Shown here piece after piece: positions 56,201 through 64,000 of a stretch of DNA of 64,000 nucleotides. The translations under genes were made by a program, and so were the position numbers. The DNA is from Trichoplax adhaerens (lineage: Eukaryota > Animalia > Placozoa). The stretch is taken from contig NW_002060945.1 of NCBI RefSeq assembly GCF_000150275.1, forward strand, positions 879,872 to 943,871. The letters are read 5' to 3'. The notes under the pieces were generated by a model that was given only the letters and a program-made list of their open reading frames with translations, was not told the origin of the DNA and ran no database searches. The stretch's first letter is position 1, and every line of letters starts with the position of its first letter.

Positions 56201-59200
56201 TATACGAATTTGCTTTTTAGTTGATCATATCAATATCATTAATTTAATTCTTATTGAAATCTTTTCATATTTAGAAGTAACTGCAATCTAATCGTGGTTA
56301 ATTCTACCAATACTTCAGTCCTGCACTATATTCCTCATATACACACAGTATGATAGGCAAATAAAGTTTTAATACTGTGCTGCTGGGTATAAAATATAAG
56401 CATATACAATAAAGATAATAGCTAAAATTAATTGTTGGGTGTGTACGCATATCTTCATTTATTATTAACTAAGGCACTATAGTTGCTTTAAAATTTTTAA
56501 AAGAAATAAAAGCATAATCTTAGATTGATCATTAAATTAATCTTAACTCATGCAGTCTGATCTACACAATCTTTGCAAAGCGTGCAGAAGTAACGGATAT
56601 ATTATGTTTCTCCAAGGAATCGCTTACTACTTACTAGCTAGTACTGTAATTAAGATTAAATATAATTTAAAGAATTTTTATTACTGAAAATTTTCATATT
56701 CTGTTGTAGAAGGCAAAGACTTTTATTCTAATTTATAATAGTATATTATCGATTATATACCGATGTAAAATAGTGTGTTAGCGTATTGAACTGATTTTAA
56801 CAAATGCGAAAATAACTAGATAAAAATTTAACTTTTACTAAATCTCTCCTCATTTTTACAACGTGATACTGGAAAACTATTAATCTTTATAGATACATGA
56901 TTATGATTAAATGCAGTTCATTGATTAAGTGAGAGTCTTACTGCAGTAGTATTGGGTATATAGTAATAATAGAAACATAATTGAAGTGTCTTATTTGTTA
57001 AATAAGAAATATACTAAGCTAATATTGGATATAGCAAGGGATTACCAAAAATGAAACTTTCATTCTTAAAGTCAAATCTTTAGTAGCTCTAATAATGGGA
57101 TGTAATGATTAAGAGCGGCTTACTGAACAAATGAGGACCCTACTAAACTTAATTTATACATTTAAGGTACAGTACACTAAGAATACGATCATGATTAAAA
57201 TAATGTACTGATAAAAGAGAACTTTCTATACTAAATTTGAAAGCCCAGGATATAAAAAGGGCACAATCACTATTGAAGCAGTTCAATAATAAAATGAGAA
57301 TCTTGCTATAAGAAATTAAGTATTATCTTTCAACAATATATGGCGGTAGACCATCAAAGGAAAGAATTATACCAGTATATTGAGTTTCATAACCCTCGGC
57401 ATACTATCCACTAATTAATGAAGTAAGGAACTGAAACTGAGAATTCTTGTGGGTAGGAAAGTATAATTGTGAACGTGAACTATACGATTCATTGTGAGTC
57501 TAAGGATATGGTGCAGACGATATTTTTGTTACCGGTAATTTCTCCTGACAACCATTAGACAATATTCTTTCAATCAATATTTTCGCCGTATATAAACGTA
57601 TTTAATTAAGATTACCTAATTACCGCACTTGTAAGTCAGACCTATTAAAATTGCGCTTTTATCTTGGATACAGGATAATAAACTAAATAATTTGCTATGA
57701 AATCTAGTCGTATACTAATATAACCCTACGATAATGGCAGCAGTGTGAGATTGATTTTAGCTTGTTTGCAAATAACATTTCTACGTGCCAATTGACGTAA
57801 ATCATGATAGTCAATCATTTATAATTGAATAATTCTAGTATATTACGATATCTTGGTGTGTCAGTTTAGCTACAAGATTAAGTAAACGCATTAAGTACGA
57901 TCTATGGGTCTATTAAGCATGATATTAGAAGACAGTGGCATCAATCTAACTTGGTTGGGCTATACGATGCAAAGGATAATATAATATCGTGACTTTAATT
58001 TCGAAATGAGGTTTAGGAGCCCCAAATAGACATTAGAAATATCTGTCTTCTATTTTCCCTTATTGTACATACTCGTATACACTTAGACAATGCTGACAAT
58101 AATAATAATTTGATCAAAGTCACCTACCCACAAACAACAATCAACTATATTATCGAAATCAATTTATAACATCAAGCGAAATCGTGCATGAATAATAAAT
58201 TAAACTTCATATCATGTTCATGGTACCTTGAATAATAAATCTGTAGCTTATTTTTGTACAGCACGTATGATACTATTCCATAAGGTTGTATAATACTACC
58301 TTTTGTAATATCTATCATTATATTGTCACTTCTAAATGTCATTTCGGACTGAATTAATTGCATATTCCTTTCTACTTTGAAGTCATATAGGTACTTCTGT
58401 CCTCACTGTCATTTTGCATTTCTAAAATATTACGGATGTCTTAATAAAAGTTGCCTAGAATCTTTACTATTCACAATGGATATCCTGTTTTCTAAAGTTA
58501 CGGGCATATCCTTATGATTTACTTGGCAATAATTCTTTACAATCGACACAAAATAGACGACGGAAATGTCGATCATTTATTACGGTACCATATCGAAAAA
58601 GGCTACATTGCTGTAGCCTATACTGATTGAATATTGTTGATGATTGTCTATATCAAAAATAGGTATCCAAACGCGTAAATTAAAGATTGTATCGTTGAAA
58701 GGAAAAAATAGAATTAATTCTTTTCTCTTTCATTTTACCTTACAGCATGACAGTAAAACATAGCCAACAGGGCCATCTTATTCTACAACGATATACCCAT
58801 TCTACATTCTAGCCTAAGAAATAGCAACTATGGTTCACCATCCCTTCATTTTGTCAGGCCCAGTGGTAAATTAATTGTGTTCTATTTCTTGAAAATAGTT
58901 CAATGTCATTAATAAAGAAGTACCAATTTTAGTAAACAAGCTGCCATGAGGCGCTAAATACTGCACGCGAGAAAATCTGATTTTCGATTATATCTATTTC
59001 TTTTGCTAAATATACTCGTAATATATGGTATAGAATAATAACATGAAGCATAAGTACACGAAAGATTCTGATTTCTAATTCTTGATCGCATTCATATCTT
59101 TTACGAAATGTGCTCATAACATACATTTAATTTACCGTGTATAACATTCTAATACAAATTACTAAATACAGCAAAGATTCTGATTTTCAGTTCTTGATTC

Positions 59201-60492
59201 TGTCAATTGTTTTTACATCATATTCTTATAACTTATAGAACAATCGAATATAAACCACTATACGCACGAAAGATTCTTATTTTTTGTTCTTAGTTTTATC
59301 GATTGCTTTTACAAAATGTGCTCATAATTTACGATATATGGCAGTCTGATATACTAACTATATACACGAAAAATTCTGGTTTTCGATTCCTGATTCTATC
59401 GATTTTCTGTAAAAATATACCGTACTTATAACCGTCTAAATTATAACATAAGAGCATTTTCCTATATTAATTTTAATCTTGAAAATTCTAGACTAGTGCA
59501 CGTATCTAGCTGATATTTCTACTTCATGCCGATAAAAGTGTACGAAGTGAGAGTGCTCGTTATAGTTGATATTAAAATACGAAAAATACGTATAGAGTAT
59601 GAGCTCTTGACTTCGAGATTTAGAGGATATTTATTTACTTTCTGTATTATATAACGTAAAGAACTATCTATGGCCGGATCGATATTTTTAACATGAGTGT
59701 TTTTTGCCATTAACTTTCCAATCGATATCAATCTTAGTCGATATTTTAAAGTGATATCGATATACAATTCATAACTTTATGAGTTTGTTTAGATATTTTA
59801 TCTTAATAGCAGTCTTGATAAACTAGTTTTTTAAGTCAATTTATAATCATCTTTATATTTACATTATGCTAGATTGACCCTTTAAACCTGCATCAGTTTT
59901 GGAATTAATTTTAAGCCTCTTTATACAGTAGATATTTTCAAATTTTATATCGATCTTAACAGGCTCTCTAATCCTGTATTCATTGATGTTTGAATTGATT
60001 TAGTTTAAGGTCTCATTGATGGCTATATTAGTATTTCCTATTCATATAGCTCAGAACGAATTTATTGTGTTATAATATTTCAATATTTTAACTTAAGGTA
60101 CTTCAAATTCCTTCATAGATTTTTTTTTCAAACGGAAAGCTGTAGCCATCTTGACAAGCTTTCTAATGGAATTTCAATAAAATTTTAAAGTTTCTTTCTA
60201 CTTGCTTTCATGCTACTACCCATTTCTTAGTCCATATTCTATGAAATCGACTATAGGGCCCACTATTATTCAGTTATTTGTTACGCCATAATGAATTTAA
60301 ATGATAACTAGTACCGATAATAGATTCTTTTCGTACTTATCATTGTAGAAATATTGTATAACAGAAAAATTTCATTATCCTATTTTAGCATAGCAGAAAT
60401 TCATTGACTTACCTTTGATGACACTACTAAAAAATGGAATTTTCTCACATTCAGTGGACATGCATTCAGAACATTTTCGATGATATTTTTTC
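47212..60492 (-). CDS. KSR/RAF-family pseudokinase (KSR3-like), 5'-partial; includes a C1-domain tail exon at 60413-60492 and a ~10.5 kb intron
   Basis: Kinase exons: ESLKEWLV...IYK|GRWHGEVMIH...EVSILSMIRHDNISLFMGACFEPP..AIIT|...[31 protein letters not shown]..ITDYS...YISPELMR...SDMYAFG. The C-terminus is HSMSEP. Exon 60413-60492 (cag/gtaagt flanks) encodes KKYHRKCSECMSTEC and is phase-compatible with the exon starting at 49916. Confidence 0.85.
58960..59420. repeat. About five diverged ~100 bp tandem units in the KSR-like intron
   Basis: The core cacgaaagattctgattt..attcttgat recurs at ~58965, 59057, 59172, 59265 and 59365. cttttac.aaatgtgctcataa appears at ~59098 and ~59306. Confidence 0.75.
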
Positions 60493-61100
60493 CTGTTTAC
60501 ATTTGATTGAAAATGTCAGGGAGATAGCATTACTTCAATGTGCATGTAATTAGTTACCCCTCATAACTTATTAATAACGAAGAAATAGAATAAGCTAAAA
60601 ATAAATGAAAATTTTCTTAATTTCATACATAATTATTACAGTGATTAAATCGTAGGCATTCGATACGGTGATACAATCAAACACACCAACATGAACAGAA
60701 CGAGTATGAATTATATAGTCTGCGGCTTCATTAGTTTATACTCGATCAACAATAACGGTATCAGCATTGCAAATCTTAATATTTGTTTACAAGCAGATCT
60801 ACACTCAACGCCTACAGCAAATTTTAGATCACTTGATGGATCAATTCTTTCCGTTATCCATTAATAAAATAACGTGAAAAGGATACAAATTATATCGGTG
60901 AGTCTAGTTTACTGTTGCCTAAGCAAATAGGACTGATATAATGAGCTTTTAAACTTCTTTTAATGAAGCTTACGATAGATCGTGGCAAGGGTAAAGGAGT
61001 TAAATTTCTACTGACTCATCTAACTCTACAGTGGGTTCAAATAGTTCTATCCAATTATTTCATATTGGTGCTTTGGTTAACTAGTTCCTTCAATTAGCAC

Positions 61101-61312
61101 AAATAGATCAATTGATTAAAACTAGGCGAATTTGAATACATCCACCTTAAAAAAATGACTGTTATCGCATTAAACAGAGATTTACTGTGGTGCTACTCCG
61201 CAATATTCAATAGATCAATTAGTTACAACTAGGCGAATTGGAATACATCCACTTTTAAAAAAATGACTGTTATTGCATTAAATAGAGATTTACTGTGGCG
61301 CTACTCCGCAAT
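61101..61312. repeat. Near-identical ~107 bp direct tandem duplication
   Basis: aatagatcaatt...actaggcgaatt.gaatacatccac...aaaaaaatgactgttat.gcattaaa.agagatttactgtgg.gctactccgcaat occurs twice. Confidence 0.92.
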
Positions 61313-62833
61313 GTTTAGATGTAAGGAGAGTTTTAGTAACAACTCGGTACTAGCTATGCAAGCTAGCGTGAAATATCTAATTATTATATGTAGATACAAT
61401 CCTTTAAGATATTGAAATTCATGTTATGAAGTTAGGTCAGAATGTAGGTATCATCATATACTTGTACTTAAAATGACGAGATAGGAATATTACCGTATAA
61501 GAAAGAAATCTGAAACAAGATTAGTATTCTTCGTGAATTTTCTAGTTATATCTAGTTATACTCGTATTCTGTTTTCAGATATTGCATCATGAAAGAATAT
61601 ACGATAGCAAATAGAATTAGGAATAATTTAAATATAGAAAAAAATGCTTTTGGATGTTTCTATTGCAAACTATTTTCAACTATTATTACCTATATATTGA
61701 CGAATGGATAAAATCTAAAATAAAAAAACCAGGTAATTCGAGATATCAATTAATAAACCATGAGTGGTATACAGGGCTTTTTCTGATGTAGGTTTAAAAT
61801 ATTCGATTTCGAACGGGAACAGGTCAGAAATTTCAGGCATTATTATTATTATAAGTCAATCTTGAACAATCGCTTCAGTACGAATTGAAAAATGAGTTAA
61901 AATAAACCGAGATAACGATTTATAGTTTCCTTCAGTCTTGTAAACCATAAATAAGGGGTAGATATTGTAGAAAAGATAATTGGGAACTATCGTATGAAAT
62001 AAAAATCTAAGCTAGACTGATTATAGATATTATCATGGCAACACAATTTGGGAGCAAACGGAGGCCTTTTGAGGTAGACTTCTTATACAAATCAGTTCCG
62101 ATAGGTGGGAAATGGTTTTTGCAGATTTTTAGAGTATTACGGGAAGATAGTTAAATCTAGTCTATTAACTAGTTCCGGATCGTGACAGGAAATACTTAAA
62201 ACACAAATTAAATTGATAATTTATAGCCTCCGCCGAAGATCAACTTCCTTTATAACGGATCGATATCAGATAAATAGGTTCCGCCAAGAAATCTAATTAG
62301 ACTTATCCTAAGTGATAATGAATCAAACACTGTACTAGGAAAGATCCGAAATGCAATGGAATATGAAATAACTTTTTAACACATGCTAAATTTCATTCTG
62401 TACGCATTTAAATTTTACTCATCGCAATAATAAGTTATAGTAGGTGTCACGGTAGTAAATTATATGAGGACTCTATTTTAGGTTATTTTTATATTTATTT
62501 ATATTATACTGAAAGATTATCTTAGGTCAACATCTGGCCTTAGCAATGTGCACAATCTCTTCAACTAGAGGAAATTAACCTAATGTAAAGTTTGTTAAAC
62601 TGTGTCCAGGAGTTTAATAGTAAAGAAGAAAATTGAAAAAAGATTGTATGTGTGACATTAACCAGTACGAGTAGAGTATCATGAATACGTAAAATTGGTC
62701 CATTGTTACTTGTGTAACTAAACCGTTTAAAAGACTCAAAGCCTATTTAACTTGTGATCATCGCATCGCTAATAAATTAGATCCTGGTCTTTTAGTAAGA
62801 TTAGTAGCCTTATTGTAATTTTCCCTAGTTTGA

Positions 62834-63058
62834 TCTAGCGTTAGAATACCAGCGAATTGGTATTCCAATTTTAAAGTCGATTATGATTTTCCAGAAGGAT
62901 TATATTATTTTACAGGCCTTATTGTGCTTCACTCTAGCGTAAATTAATCTAGCATTGGAATACCATCAAATTAGTATTCCAATTTCAAATTCGATTATGA
63001 TTTTAGAGGACTTATTATGATTTGTCCTGGCTTAATCTAATCGGTATTCCAATTTCAA
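62834..63058. repeat. Two full copies and one partial copy of a ~57 bp hairpin-containing repeat
   Basis: tctagcgttagaataccagcgaattggtattccaattttaaagtcgattatgatttt (62834-62890), tctagcattggaataccatcaaattagtattccaatttcaaattcgattatgatttt (~62948-63004), and partial ggtattccaatttcaa (~63043). Confidence 0.8.
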
Positions 63059-64000
63059 GCTAAGGGAACAACATTCTCAATACAATGTACAAGTTAGGAA
63101 TATTCCTGGTCTATAATTAATAATGCACTATAACTTGACCACATACCCTACAAATATTGCTAAGTATCTTGTAGTATGGACGAAAAAGTTCTAATTGAAT
63201 TTGTTCAATTTCACCTTTGAGATGATTTAGTAATCTCATTCAATAATTCCTGCGAAATTCTGATAAATTGCTTTTGATAAATCAATGCTTTATTAACTCT
63301 TCTACCGAAAAAGCCCTTTTCTATTGATTAATACTAATTTGTTCTAATTTAGAGCAAGTTATTTTTCTATTTAACCCAGTTTAAATGTATTACGTTTAAA
63401 TTATTCTTTTAGTACAATAAGTTAATTAATTTCAAATTAATATAAGCAGATTTTTAAGGTTTAGCTATCTAATTTAAATATGTACAAGCGGACGAAATGG
63501 AAGATCCATTCCATTTTACAAATTAATTAATGCTAAATCTAAATAGCCAATAAGACTCTTGTCTCATACTATGAAACTGGTTTAAACAGGGTAGTGAAGG
63601 ATAGGTCAAATTATCCCGCAAAATTTTTCCTATCTTAGGTTGTAAGCCGGGGTAGCTTTTCTTAACGACTACATTAATTGTAGGTGTCAAAATCGTCAGC
63701 GAATAATTAGTATAAGATTTTATCCCTAATACTAATTGAAATGACTAACAAGATTTCATTTTCAAGGCATGAAATCGATTAAATCAAAGTGTAAAAGGTA
63801 ATCAAAATAAGAAAGTAAATCTTCTATTTCAAATCGGAAATCAAATTGAAGATTTAGATTCATTGCCTGGATAAAATTGTAAATAAATCATTTTAAACTA
63901 GCCTGTTTATCCTCACTAAAATACCGCAATGGTCATAAATGGTTAAATTAAAAGATACGGTAATTAAGTTGCAAAAAAATTAGATCATTTAAGCTTAGGG

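Noticed and set aside
51144-59767. Short ORFs within the long KSR-like intron
   Set aside because: No domain similarity and no convincing splice-compatible boundaries.
62834-63058. CRISPR-like appearance (palindromic repeats with spacers)
   Set aside because: Eukaryotic context, only 2-3 diverged copies of ~57 bp, and no cas genes.

Overview
AT-rich eukaryotic genomic DNA with short GT-AG introns, several at the same positions as in vertebrate orthologues. The composition and gene structure suggest a basal animal, most likely a placozoan such as Trichoplax (inference). The window has three zones. (1) 1-13 kb has no recognisable coding sequence. (2) 13-45.5 kb is a dense cluster of housekeeping genes, mostly in head-to-head pairs: COG1(-)/UQCR11(+), NR2C2AP(-)/CCNQ(+), TSPAN3-like(-), ATP5F1A(-)/HAX1(+), SIRT6(+), RPP14(-). 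(3) 47-64 kb holds a KSR/RAF-family pseudokinase (KSR3-like, minus strand) with a ~10.5 kb intron; its 5' end probably lies beyond the window. The most striking unexplained pattern is a self-complementary pentamer (CAGTA/TACTG) array at essentially every housekeeping promoter and almost absent elsewhere, usually with YY1-, NRF1- or CCAAT-like motifs. Other observations: an orphan promoter-like site at ~30 kb, a multi-hairpin element in the ATP5F1A/HAX1 promoter, a candidate small RNA at ~9.3 kb, and conserved exons apparently missing from ATP5F1A and COG1 (most likely assembly defects). All gene models were derived by manual translation and recalled homology, not by database search.
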